Assembly: GCA_964016885.1 (NCBI GenBank)
Contig: OZ024744.1
Location: forward strand, 14,694,001-14,758,000
DNA length: 64,000 nucleotides
Origin: Eledone cirrhosa
Lineage: Eukaryota
Direction: 5' to 3'
The notes beneath the pieces are model-generated. The model saw nothing but the letters and a program-made list of their open reading frames with translations. It did no database searches and had not been told where the DNA came from. The position numbers were made by a program, and so were the translations under genes. Shown in pieces: positions 1 through 15,100 of this stretch. Each line of letters starts with the position of its first letter. The first letter of the stretch is position 1.

Positions 1-3000
1 TACATCTAACATACAACACTGTCTCTTACTTCGAACATATAACACTGTCGCTTCTAACATATAACACTGTTTCTTATTTCTAACATATAACACTGTCTCT
101 TACTTCTAACATATAACACTATCTGTAACCTCTAACATATAACACTGTCTCTTACCTCTAACATATAACACTGTCTCTTACTTCTAACATATAACACTGT
201 CTCTTACTTCTAACATATAACACTGTCTCTTCTAACATATAACACTGTCTCTTACTTCTAAAATATAACACTGTCTCTTACTTCTAAAATATAACACTGT
301 CTCTTACTTCGAACATATAACACTGTGTCTTATTTCTTACATATAACACTGTCTCTTACTTCTAACATATAACACTATCTTTAACCTCTAACATATAACA
401 CTGTCTCTTACATCTAACATATAACACTGTCACTTACTTCTAACATATAACACTGTCTCTTACCTCTAACATATAACACTGTCTCTTACCTCTAACATAT
501 AACACTGTCTCTTACCTCTAACATATAACACTGTCTCTTACCTCTATCATATAACACTGTCTCTTACCTCTATCATATAACACTGTCTCTTACCTCTAAC
601 ATATAACACTGTCTCTTCTAACATATAACACTGTCTCTTACTTCTAACATATAAAACTGTCTCTTACTTCTAACACATAAAACTGTCTCTTACCTCTAAC
701 ATATAACAATGTGTCTTCTAACATATAACACTGTCTCTTACTTCTAACATATAACACTGTCTCTTACATCTAACATACAACACTGTCTCTTACTTCTAAC
801 ATATAACACTGTCTCTTCTAACATATAAAACTGTCTCTTACTTCTAAAATATAACACTGTCTCTTACTTCTAACATATAACACTCTCTCTTACTTCTAAA
901 ATATAACACTGTCTCTTACTTCTAACATATAACACTATGTCTAACCTCTAACATATAACACTGCCTCTTACTTCTACCATATAACACTGTCTCTTACTTC
1001 TAAAATATAACACTGTCTCTTACCGCTAACATATAACACTGACTCTTTCCTCTAACATATAACACCGTCTCTTACTTCTAACACATAACACTGTCTCTTA
1101 CCTCTAACATATAACACTGTCTCTTACCTCTAACATATAACACTGTCTCTTACCTCTAACATATAACACTGTCTCTTACCTCTAATATATAACACTGTCT
1201 CTTACCTCTAACATATAACAATGTCTCTTACTTCTAACATATAACACTGTCTCTTACTTCTAACATATAACACTGTCTCTTACTTCTAACATATAACACT
1301 GTCTCTTACTTCTAACATATAACACTGTCTCTTCTAAGATATAACACTGTCTCTTACTTCTAACATATAACACTGTCTCTTCTAAGATATAACACTGTCT
1401 CTTACTTCTAACATATAACACTGTCTCTCACTTCAAAAATATAACGCTGTTTCTTACTTCTAACATATAACACTGTCTCTTACTTCTAAAATATAACACT
1501 GTCTCTTACTTCTAACATATAACACTGTCTCTTACTTCTAAAATATAACACTGTCTCTTATTTCTAAAATATAACAATGTCTCTTACTTCTAAAATATAA
1601 CGCTGTCTCTTACCTCTAACATATAACACTGTCTCTTCCTTCTAACATATAACACTGCCTCTTACTTGTAATATATAACACTGTCTCTTACCTCTAACAT
1701 ACAACACTGTCTCTTATTTCTAAAATATAACACTCTCTTACTTCTAAAATATAACACTGCCTCTTACTTCTAACATATAACACTGTCTCTTACTTCTAAA
1801 ATATAACACTGTCTCTTACTTCTAAAATATAACACTGCCTCTTACTTCTAACATATAACACTGTCTCTTACTTCTAAAATATAACACTGTCTCTTACTTC
1901 TAAAATATAACACTGTCTCTTACTTCGAACATATAACACTGTCTCTTATTTCTTACATATAACACTGTCTCTTACTTCTAACATATAACACTATCTCTAA
2001 CCTCTAACATATAACACTGTCTCTTACTTCTAACATATAACACTGTCTCTTACTTCTAACATATGACACTGTCTCTTACCTCTAAGATATAACACTGTCT
2101 CTTCTAACATATAACACCGTCTCTTACTTCTAACATATAACACTGTCTCTTACTTCTAACATATAAAACTGTCTCTTACCTCTAACATATAACACTGTCT
2201 CTTACTTCTAACATATAACACTGTCTCTTACATCTAACATACAACACTGTCTCTTACTTCGAACATATAACACTGTCGCTTCTAACATATAACACTGTTT
2301 CTTATTTCTAACATATAACACTGTCTCTTACTTCTAACATATAACACTGTCTCTTACCTGTAACATATAACACTGTCTCTTACTTCTAACATATAACACT
2401 GTCTCTTACCTCTAACATATAACACTGTCTCTTACTTCTAACATATAACACTGTCTCTTACTTCTAACATATAACACTGTCTCTTACTTCTAAAATATAA
2501 CAATGTCTCTTACATCTAAAATATAACACTGTCTCTTACTTCTAAAATATAACACTGTCTCTTACTTCGAACATATAACACTGTCTCTTATTTCTTACAT
2601 ATAACACTGTTTCTTATTCCTAACATATAACACTGTCTCTTACATCTAACATATAACACTGTCTCTTACCTCCAACATATAACACTGTCTCTTACTTCTA
2701 ACATATAACACTGTCTCTTACCTCTAACATATAACACTGTCTCTTCTAACATATAACACTGTCTCTTACATCTAACATACCAGACTGTCTCTTACTTCTA
2801 AAATATAACACTGTCTCTTACTTCTAAAATATAACACTGTCTCTTACTTCTAAAATATAACACTGTCTCTTACTTCTAACATATAACACTATCTCTAACC
2901 TCTAACATATAACACTGCCTCTTACTTCTAAAATATAACACTGTCTCTTACTTCTAAAATATAACACTGTCTCTTACCTCTAACATATAACACTGTCTCT

Positions 3001-6000
3001 TACCTCTAACATATAACACTGTCTCTTACTTCTAAAATATAACACTGCCTCTTGCTTCTAAAATATAACACTGCCTCTTACTTCTAACATATAACACTGT
3101 CTCTTACTTCTAAAATATAACACTGTCTCTTACTTCTAACATATAACACTGTCTCTTACTTCTAACATATAACACTGTCTCTTACCTCTAAGATATAACA
3201 CTGTCTCTTCTAACATATAACACTGTCTCTTACCTATAACATATAACACTGTCTCTTACTTCTAAAATATAACACTGTCTCTTACTTCTAACATATAACA
3301 CTGTCTCTTACCTCTAATATATAACACTGTCTCTTACCTCTAACATATAACACTGTCTCTTACTTCTAACATATAACAGTCTCTTACTTCTAACATATAA
3401 CACTGTCTCTTACTTCTAACATATAAAACTGTCTCTTACTTCTAACATATATCACTGTCTCTTACTTCTAAAATATAACACTGTCTCTTACCTCTAAGAT
3501 ATAACACTGTCTCTTACCTTTAACATATAACATTGTCACTTACCTCTAACATATAACACTGTCTCTTACTTCTAAAATATAACGCTGTCTCTTACCTCTA
3601 ACATATAACACTGTCTCTTCCTTCTAACATATAACACTGCCTCTTACTTGTAATATATAACACTGTCTCTTACCTCTAACATATAACACTGTCTCTTATT
3701 TCTAAAATATAACACTGTCTCTTACTTCCAACATATAACACTGTCTCTTACCTCTAACATATAACACTGTCTCTTACATCTAACTTATAACACTGTCACT
3801 TACTTCTAAAATATAACACTGTCTCTTACCTCTAACATATAACACTGTCTCTTCTAAGATATAACACTGTCTCTTACTTCTAACATATAACACTGTCTCT
3901 TCTAAGATATAACACTGTCTCTTACTTCTAACATATAACACTGTCTCTCACTTCTAAAATATAACACTGTCTCTTACTTCTAACATATAACACTGTCTCT
4001 TACCTCTAACATATAACAATGTCTCTTACTTCTAACATATAACACTGTCTCTTACTTCTAACATATAACACTGTCTCTTACCTCTAACATATAACACTGT
4101 CTCTTCTAACATATAACACTGTCTCTTACTTCTAACATATAACACTGTCTCTTACTTCGAACATATAAAATGTCTCTTACCTCTAACATATAGTACTGTG
4201 TCTTCTAACATATAACACTGTCTCTTACATCTAACATACAACACTGTCTCTTACTTCGAACATATAACACTGTCGCTTCTAACATATAACACTGTTTCTT
4301 ATTTCTAACATATAACACTGTCTCTTACTTCTAACATATAACACTATCTCTAACCTCTAACATATAACACTGTCTCTTACCTCTAACATATAACACTGTC
4401 TCTTACTTCTAACATATAACACTGTCTCTTCTAACATATAACACTGTCTCTTACTTCTAACATATAACACTGTCTCTTACGTCTAACATATAACACTGTC
4501 TCTCACTTCTAAAATATAACACTGTCTCTTACTTCTAACATATACACTGTCCCTTACCTCTAACATATAACACTGTCTCTTACTTCTAAAATATAACACT
4601 GTCTCTTACTTCTAACATATAACACTGTTTCCTACTTCTAAAATATAACACTGTCTCTTACTTCTAAAATATAACACTGTCTCTTACCTCTAACATATAA
4701 CACTGTCTCTTACATCTAACATATAACACTGTCTCTTACATCTAACATATAACACTGTCTCTTACTTCTAACATATAACACTGTCTCTTACTTCTAACAT
4801 TTAACACTGTCTCTTACTTCTAATATTATAACACTGTCTCTTACTTCTAACATATAACACTGTCTCTTACTTCTAACATATAACACTGTATATTACTTCT
4901 AAAACATAACACTGTCTCTTACTTCTAACATACAACACTGTCTCTTACTTCTAACATATAACACTGTCTCTACTAACATATAACACTGTCTCTTACTTCT
5001 AACATATAACACTGTCTCTTACCTCTAACATATAACAATGTCTCTTACTTCTAACATATAACACTGTCTCTTACTTCTAACATATAACACTGTCTCTTAC
5101 CTCTAACATATAACACTCTCTCTTCTAACATATAACACTGTCTCTTACTTCTAACATACAACACTTCTCTTACTTCTAACATATAAAATGTCTCTTACCT
5201 CTAACATATAGTACTGTGTCTTCTAACATATAACACTGTCTCTTACATCTAACATACAACACTGTCTCTTACTTCGAACATATAACACTGTCGCTTCTAA
5301 CATATAACACTGTTTCTTATTTCTAACATATAACACTGTCTCTTACTTCTAACATATAACACTATCTCTAACCTCTAACATATAACACTGTCTCTTACCT
5401 CTAACATATAACACTGTCTCTTACTTCTAACATATAACACTGTCTCTTCTAACATATAACACTGTCTCTTACTTATAAAATATAACACTGTCTCTTACTT
5501 CTAAAATATAACACTGTCTCTTACTTCGAACATATAACACTGTGTCTTATTTCTTACATATAACACTGTCTCTTACTTCTAACATATAACACTATCTTTA
5601 ACCTCTAACATATAACACTGTCTCTTACATCTAACATATAACACTGTCACTTACTTCTAACATATAACACTATCTCTTACCTCTAACATATAACACTGTC
5701 TCTTACCTCTAACATATAACACTGTCTCTTACCTCTAACATATAACACTGTCTCTTACCTCTGACATATAACACTGTGTCTTACATCTATCATATAACAC
5801 TGTCTCTTCCTTCTAACATATAACACTGCCTCTTACTTGTAATATATAACACTGTCTCTTACCTCTAACATATAACACTGTCTCTTATTTCTAAAATATA
5901 ACACTGTCTCTTACTTCCAACATATAACACTGTCTCTTACCTCTAACATATAACACTGTCTCTTACATCTAACATATAACACTGTCACTTACTTCTAAAA

Positions 6001-9000
6001 TATAACACTGTCTCTTACCTCTAACATATAACACTGTCTCTTCTAAGATATAACACTGTCTCTTACTTCTAACATATAACACTGTCTCTTCTAAGATATA
6101 ACACTGTCTCTTACTTCTAACATATAACACTGTCTCTCACTTCTAAAATATAACACTGTCTCTTACTTCTAACATATAACACTGTCTCTTACCTCTAACA
6201 TATAACAATGTCTCTTACTTCTAACATATAACACTGTCTCTTACTTCTAACATATAACACTGTCTCTTACCTCTAACATATAACACTCTCTCTTCTAACA
6301 TATAACACTGTCTCTTACTTCTAACATATAACACTGTCTCTTACTTCTAACATATAAAATGTCTCTTACCTCTAACATGTAGTACTGTGTCTTCTAACAT
6401 ATAACACTGTCTCTTACATCTAACATACAACACTGTCTCTTACTTCGAACATATAACACTGTCGCTTCTAACATATAACACTGTTTCTTATTTCTAACAT
6501 ATAACACTGTCTCTTACTTCTAACATATAACACTATCTGTAACCTCTAACATATAACACTGTCTCTTACCTCTAACATATAACACTGTCTCTTACTTCTA
6601 ACATATAACACTGTCTCTTACTTCTAACATATAACACTGTCTCTTCTAACATATAACACTGTCTCTTACTTCTAAAATATAACACTGTCTCTTACTTCTA
6701 AAATATAACACTGTCTCTTACTTCGAACATATAACACTGTGTCTTATTTCTTACATATAACACTGTCTCTTACTTCTAACATATAACACTATCTTTAACC
6801 TCTAACATATAACACTGTCTCTTACATCTAACATATAACACTGTCACTTACTTCTAACATATAACACTGTCTCTTACCTCTAACATATAACACTGTCTCT
6901 TACCTCTAACATATAACACTGTCTCTTACCTCTAACATATAACACTGTCTCTTACCTCTATCATATAACACTGTCTCTTACCTCTATCATATAACACTGT
7001 CTCTTACCTCTAACATATAACACTGTCTCTTCTAACATATAACACTGTCTCTTACTTCTAACATATAAAACTGTCTCTTACTTCTAACACATAAAACTGT
7101 CTCTTACCTCTAACATATAACAATGTGTCTTCTAACATATAACACTGTCTCTTACTTCTAACATATAACACTGTCTCTTACATCTAACATACAACACTGT
7201 CTCTTACTTCTAACATATAACACTGTCTCTTCTAACATATAAAACTGTCTCTTACTTCTAAAATATAACACTGTCTCTTACTTCTAACATATAACACTCT
7301 CTCTTACTTCTAAAATATAACACTGTCTCTTACTTCTAACATATAACACTATGTCTAACCTCTAACATATAACACTGCCTCTTACTTCTACCATATAACA
7401 CTGTCTCTTACTTCTAAAATATAACACTGTCTCTTACCGCTAACATATAACACTGACTCTTTCCTCTAACATATAACACCGTCTCTTACTTCTAACACAT
7501 AACACTGTCTCTTACCTCTAACATATAACACTGTCTCTTACCTCTAACATATAACACTGTCTCTTACCTCTAACATATAACACTGTCTCTTACCTCTAAT
7601 ATATAACACTGTCTCTTACCTCTAACATATAACAATGTCTCTTACTTCTAACATATAACACTGTCTCTTACTTCTAACATATAACACTGTCTCTTACTTC
7701 TAACATATAACACTGTCTCTTACTTCTAACATATAACACTGTCTCTTCTAAGATATAACACTGTCTCTTACTTCTAACATATAACACTGTCTCTTCTAAG
7801 ATATAACACTGTCTCTTACTTCTAACATATAACACTGTCTCTCACTTCAAAAATATAACGCTGTTTCTTACTTCTAACATATAACACTGTCTCTTACTTC
7901 TAAAATATAACACTGTCTCTTACTTCTAACATATAACACTGTCTCTTACTTCTAAAATATAACACTGTCTCTTATTTCTAAAATATAACAATGTCTCTTA
8001 CTTCTAAAATATAACGCTGTCTCTTACCTCTAACATATAACACTGTCTCTTCCTTCTAACATATAACACTGCCTCTTACTTGTAATATATAACACTGTCT
8101 CTTACCTCTAACATACAACACTGTCTCTTATTTCTAAAATATAACACTCTCTTACTTCTAAAATATAACACTGCCTCTTACTTCTAACATATAACACTGT
8201 CTCTTACTTCTAAAATATAACACTGTCTCTTACTTCTAAAATATAACACTGCCTCTTACTTCTAACATATAACACTGTCTCTTACTTCTAAAATATAACA
8301 CTGTCTCTTACTTCTAAAATATAACACTGTCTCTTACTTCGAACATATAACACTGTCTCTTATTTCTTACATATAACACTGTCTCTTACTTCTAACATAT
8401 AACACTATCTCTAACCTCTAACATATAACACTGTCTCTTACTTCTAACATATAACACTGTCTCTTACTTCTAACATATGACACTGTCTCTTACCTCTAAG
8501 ATATAACACTGTCTCTTCTAACATATAACACCGTCTCTTACTTCTAACATATAACACTGTCTCTTACTTCTAACATATAAAACTGTCTCTTACCTCTAAC
8601 ATATAACACTGTCTCTTACTTCTAACATATAACACTGTCTCTTACATCTAACATACAACACTGTCTCTTACTTCGAACATATAACACTGTCGCTTCTAAC
8701 ATATAACACTGTTTCTTATTTCTAACATATAACACTGTCTCTTACTTCTAACATATAACACTGTCTCTTACCTCTAACATATAACACTGTCTCTTACTTC
8801 TAACATATAACACTGTCTCTTACCTCTAACATATAACACTGTCTCTTACTTCTAACATATAACACTGTCTCTTACTTCTAACATATAACACTGTCTCTTA
8901 CTTCTAAAATATAACAATGTCTCTTACATCTAAAATATAACACTGTCTCTTACTTCTAAAATATAACACTGTCTCTTACTTCGAACATATAACACTGTCT

Positions 9001-12000
9001 CTTATTTCTTACATATAACACTGTTTCTTATTCCTAACATATAACACTGTCTCTTACATCTAACATATAACACTGTCTCTTACCTCCAACATATAACACT
9101 GTCTCTTACTTCTAACATATAACACTGTCTCTTACCTCTAACATATAACACTGTCTCTTCTAACATATAACACTGTCTCTTACATCTAACATACCAGACT
9201 GTCTCTTACTTCTAAAATATAACACTGTCTCTTACTTCTAAAATATAACACTGTCTCTTACTTCTAAAATATAACACTGTCTCTTACTTCTAACATATAA
9301 CACTATCTCTAACCTCTAACATATAACACTGCCTCTTACTTCTAAAATATAACACTGTCTCTTACTTCTAAAATATAACACTGTCTCTTACCTCTAACAT
9401 ATAACACTGTCTCTTACCTCTAACATATAACACTGTCTCTTACTTCTAAAATATAACACTGCCTCTTGCTTCTAAAATATAACACTGCCTCTTACTTCTA
9501 ACATATAACACTGTCTCTTACTTCTAAAATATAACACTGTCTCTTACTTCTAACATATAACACTGTCTCTTACTTCTAACATATAACACTGTCTCTTACC
9601 TCTAAGATATAACACTGTCTCTTCTAACATATAACACTGTCTCTTACCTATAACATATAACACTGTCTCTTACTTCTAAAATATAACACTGTCTCTTACT
9701 TCTAACATATAACACTGTCTCTTACCTCTAATATATAACACTGTCTCTTACCTCTAACATATAACACTGTCTCTTACTTCTAACATATAACAGTCTCTTA
9801 CTTCTAACATATAACACTGTCTCTTACTTCTAACATATAAAACTGTCTCTTACTTCTAACATATATCACTGTCTCTTACTTCTAAAATATAACACTGTCT
9901 CTTACCTCTAAGATATAACACTGTCTCTTACCTTTAACATATAACATTGTCACTTACCTCTAACATATAACACTGTCTCTTACTTCTAAAATATAACGCT
10001 GTCTCTTACCTCTAACATATAACACTGTCTCTTCCTTCTAACATATAACACTGCCTCTTACTTGTAATATATAACACTGTCTCTTACCTCTAACATATAA
10101 CACTGTCTCTTATTTCTAAAATATAACACTGTCTCTTACTTCCAACATATAACACTGTCTCTTACCTCTAACATATAACACTGTCTCTTACATCTAACTT
10201 ATAACACTGTCACTTACTTCTAAAATATAACACTGTCTCTTACCTCTAACATATAACACTGTCTCTTCTAAGATATAACACTGTCTCTTACTTCTAACAT
10301 ATAACACTGTCTCTTCTAAGATATAACACTGTCTCTTACTTCTAACATATAACACTGTCTCTCACTTCTAAAATATAACACTGTCTCTTACTTCTAACAT
10401 ATAACACTGTCTCTTACCTCTAACATATAACAATGTCTCTTACTTCTAACATATAACACTGTCTCTTACTTCTAACATATAACACTGTCTCTTACCTCTA
10501 ACATATAACACTGTCTCTTCTAACATATAACACTGTCTCTTACTTCTAACATATAACACTGTCTCTTACTTCGAACATATAAAATGTCTCTTACCTCTAA
10601 CATATAGTACTGTGTCTTCTAACATATAACACTGTCTCTTACATCTAACATACAACACTGTCTCTTACTTCGAACATATAACACTGTCGCTTCTAACATA
10701 TAACACTGTTTCTTATTTCTAACATATAACACTGTCTCTTACTTCTAACATATAACACTATCTCTAACCTCTAACATATAACACTGTCTCTTACCTCTAA
10801 CATATAACACTGTCTCTTACTTCTAACATATAACACTGTCTCTTCTAACATATAACACTGTCTCTTACTTCTAACATATAACACTGTCTCTTACGTCTAA
10901 CATATAACACTGTCTCTCACTTCTAAAATATAACACTGTCTCTTACTTCTAACATATACACTGTCCCTTACCTCTAACATATAACACTGTCTCTTACTTC
11001 TAAAATATAACACTGTCTCTTACTTCTAACATATAACACTGTTTCCTACTTCTAAAATATAACACTGTCTCTTACTTCTAAAATATAACACTGTCTCTTA
11101 CCTCTAACATATAACACTGTCTCTTACATCTAACATATAACACTGTCTCTTACATCTAACATATAACACTGTCTCTTACTTCTAACATATAACACTGTCT
11201 CTTACTTCTAACATTTAACACTGTCTCTTACTTCTAATATTATAACACTGTCTCTTACTTCTAACATATAACACTGTCTCTTACTTCTAACATATAACAC
11301 TGTATATTACTTCTAAAACATAACACTGTCTCTTACTTCTAACATACAACACTGTCTCTTACTTCTAACATATAACACTGTCTCTACTAACATATAACAC
11401 TGTCTCTTACTTCTAACATATAACACTGTCTCTTACCTCTAACATATAACAATGTCTCTTACTTCTAACATATAACACTGTCTCTTACTTCTAACATATA
11501 ACACTGTCTCTTACCTCTAACATATAACACTCTCTCTTCTAACATATAACACTGTCTCTTACTTCTAACATACAACACTTCTCTTACTTCTAACATATAA
11601 AATGTCTCTTACCTCTAACATATAGTACTGTGTCTTCTAACATATAACACTGTCTCTTACATCTAACATACAACACTGTCTCTTACTTCGAACATATAAC
11701 ACTGTCGCTTCTAACATATAACACTGTTTCTTATTTCTAACATATAACACTGTCTCTTACTTCTAACATATAACACTATCTCTAACCTCTAACATATAAC
11801 ACTGTCTCTTACCTCTAACATATAACACTGTCTCTTACTTCTAACATATAACACTGTCTCTTCTAACATATAACACTGTCTCTTACTTATAAAATATAAC
11901 ACTGTCTCTTACTTCTAAAATATAACACTGTCTCTTACTTCGAACATATAACACTGTGTCTTATTTCTTACATATAACACTGTCTCTTACTTCTAACATA

Positions 12001-12146
12001 TAACACTATCTTTAACCTCTAACATATAACACTGTCTCTTACATCTAACATATAACACTGTCACTTACTTCTAACATATAACACTATCTCTTACCTCTAA
12101 CATATAACACTGTCTCTTACCTCTAACATATAACACTGTCTCTTAC
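1..12146 (+). repeat. 6414-bp tandem duplication (1-5732 matches 6415-12146); left array domain
   Basis: Rare landmarks sit at a constant offset of 6414: ATCTGTAACC at 121/6535, TACCGCTAAC at 1021/7435, CAGACT at 2781/9195. One mismatch was seen (G2360 vs C8774). The match ends at 5733/12147. Confidence 0.93.
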
Positions 12147-15100
12147 TTCTAACATATAACAATGTATCTTACTTCTAACATATAACACTGTCTCTTACTT
12201 CTAACATATAACACTGTCTCTTACTTCTAACATATAAAACTGTCTCTTACCTCTAACATATAACACTGTCTCTTACTTCTAACATATAACACTGTCTCTT
12301 ACATCTAACATACAACACTGTCTCTTACTTCTAACATATAACACTGTCTCTTCTAACATATAACACTGTATCTTACTTCTAAAATATAACACTGTCTCTT
12401 ACCTCTAACATATAACACTGTCTCTTACTTATAACATATAACACTGTCTCTTACTTCTAACATATAACACTGTCTCTTACTTCTAACATATAACACTGTC
12501 TCTTACTTCTAACATATAACACTGTCTCTTACGTCTAACATATAACACTGTCTCTCACTTCTAAAATATAACACTGTCTCTTACTTCTAACATATACACT
12601 GTCCCTTACCTCTAACATATAACACTGTCTCTTACTTCTAAAATATAACACTGTCTCTTACTTCTAACATATAACACTGTTTCCTACTTCTAAAATATAA
12701 CACTGTCTCTTACTTCTAAAATATAACACTGTCTCTTACTTCCAACATATAACACTGTCTCTTACCTCTAACATATAACACTGTCTCTTACCTCTAACAT
12801 ATAACACTGTCACTTACTTCTAAAATATAACACTGTTTCTTACCTCTAACATATAACACTGTCTCTTCTAAGATATAACACTGTCTCTTACTTCTAACAT
12901 ATAACACTGTCTCTCACTTCTAAAATATAACACTGTCTCTTACTTCTAACATATAACACTGTCCCTTACCTCTAACATGTAACACTGTCTCTTACTTCTA
13001 AAATATAACAATGTCTCTTACTTCTAAAATATAACACTGTCTCTTACTTCTAACATATAACACTGTCTATTACTTCTAAATCATAACACTGTCTCTTACT
13101 TCTAACATATAACACTGTCTCTTACTTCTAAGATACAACACTGTCTTTTACTTCTAACATATAACACTGTCTCTTACTTCTAACATATAACACTGTCTCT
13201 TACTTCTAACATATAAAACTGTCTCTTACCTCTAACATATAACACTGTCTCTTACCTCTAACATATAACACTGTCTCTTACCTCTAATATATAACACAGT
13301 CTCTTACCTCTAACATATAACACTGTCTCTTACATCTAACATATAACACTGTCTCTTACTTCTAACATATAACACTGTCTCTTACCTCTAATATATAACA
13401 CTGTCTCTTACCTCTAACATATAACACTGTCTCTTACATCTAACATATAACACTGTCTCTTACTTCTAACATATAACACTGTCTCTTACCTCTAACATAT
13501 AACACTGTCTCTTACATCTAACATATAACACTGTCTCTTACATCTAACACTGTCTCTTACTTCTAACATATAACACTGTCTCTTACCTCTAACATATAAC
13601 ACTGTCTCTTACCTCTAACATTTAACACTGTCTCTTACCTCTAATATATAACACTGTCTCTTACCTCTAACATATAACACTGTATCTTACTTCTAACATA
13701 TAACACTGTCTCTTACTTCTAACATATAACACTGTCTCTTACTTCTAACATATAAAACTGTCTCTTACCTCTAACATATAACACTGTCTCTTACATCTAA
13801 CATACAACACTGTCTCTTACTTCTAACATATAACACTGTCTCTTCTAACATATAACACTGTATCTTACTTCTAAAATATAACACTGTCGCTTACCTCTAA
13901 CATATAACACTGTCTCTTACTTCTAACATATAACACTGTCTCTTACTTCTAACATATAACACTGTCTCTTACTTCTAACATATAAAACTGTCTCTTACCT
14001 CTAACATATAACACTGTCTCTTACTTCTAACATATAACACTGTCTCTTACATCTAACATACAACACTGTCTCTTACTTCTAACATATAACACTGTCTCTT
14101 CTAATATATAACACTGTCTCTTACTTCTAACATATAATACTGTCTCTCACTTCTAAAATATAACACTGTCTCTTACTTCTAACATATACACTGTCCCTTA
14201 CCTCTAACATATAACACTGTATCTTACTTCTAAAATATAACACTGTCTCTTACTTCTAACATATAACACTGTTTCCTACTTCTAAAATATAACACTGTCT
14301 CTTACTTCTAAAATATAACACTGTCTCTTACCTCTAACATATAACACTGTCTCTTACATCTAACATATAACACTGTCTCTTACATCTAACATATAACACT
14401 GTCTCTTACTTCTAACATATAACACTGTCTCTTACTTCTAACATTTAACACTGTCTCTTACTTCTAATATTATAACACTGTCTCTTACTTCTAACATATA
14501 ACACTGTCTCTTACTTCTAACATATAACACTGTATATTACTTCTAAAACATAACACTGTCTCTTACTTCTAACATACAACACTGTCTCTTACCTCTAACA
14601 TATAACACTGTCTCTACTAACATATAACACTGTCTCTTACTTCTAACATATAACACTGTCTCTTACTTCTAAAACATAACACTGTCTCTTACTTCTAACA
14701 AACAACACTGTCTCTTACTTCTAACAGATAACACTGTCTGTTCTAACATATAACACTGTATCTTACTTCTAAAATATAACACTGTCTCTTACTTCTAACA
14801 TATAACACTCTCTCTTACTTCTAAAATATAACACTGTCTCTCACTTCTAAAATATAACACTGCGTCTTACTTTTAAATATAATATTGTCTCTTACTTCTG
14901 AAATATAACACTGTCTCTTACTTCTAACATATAACACTGTTTCCTATTTCTAAAATATAACACTGTCTCTTACTTCTAAAATATGACACTGTCTCTTACT
15001 TCTAAAATATAACACTGTCTCTTACTTCTAAAATATAACACTGTCTCTTACTTCTGAAATATAACTCTGTCTCTTACTTCTAACATATAACACTGTCTCT

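Noticed and set aside
321-327. RAG RSS heptamer (CACTGTG, the reverse complement of CACAGTG) in a variant monomer
   Set aside because: It is a single-base variant of the consensus CACTGTC, with no ACAAAAACC nonamer at 12/23 spacing.
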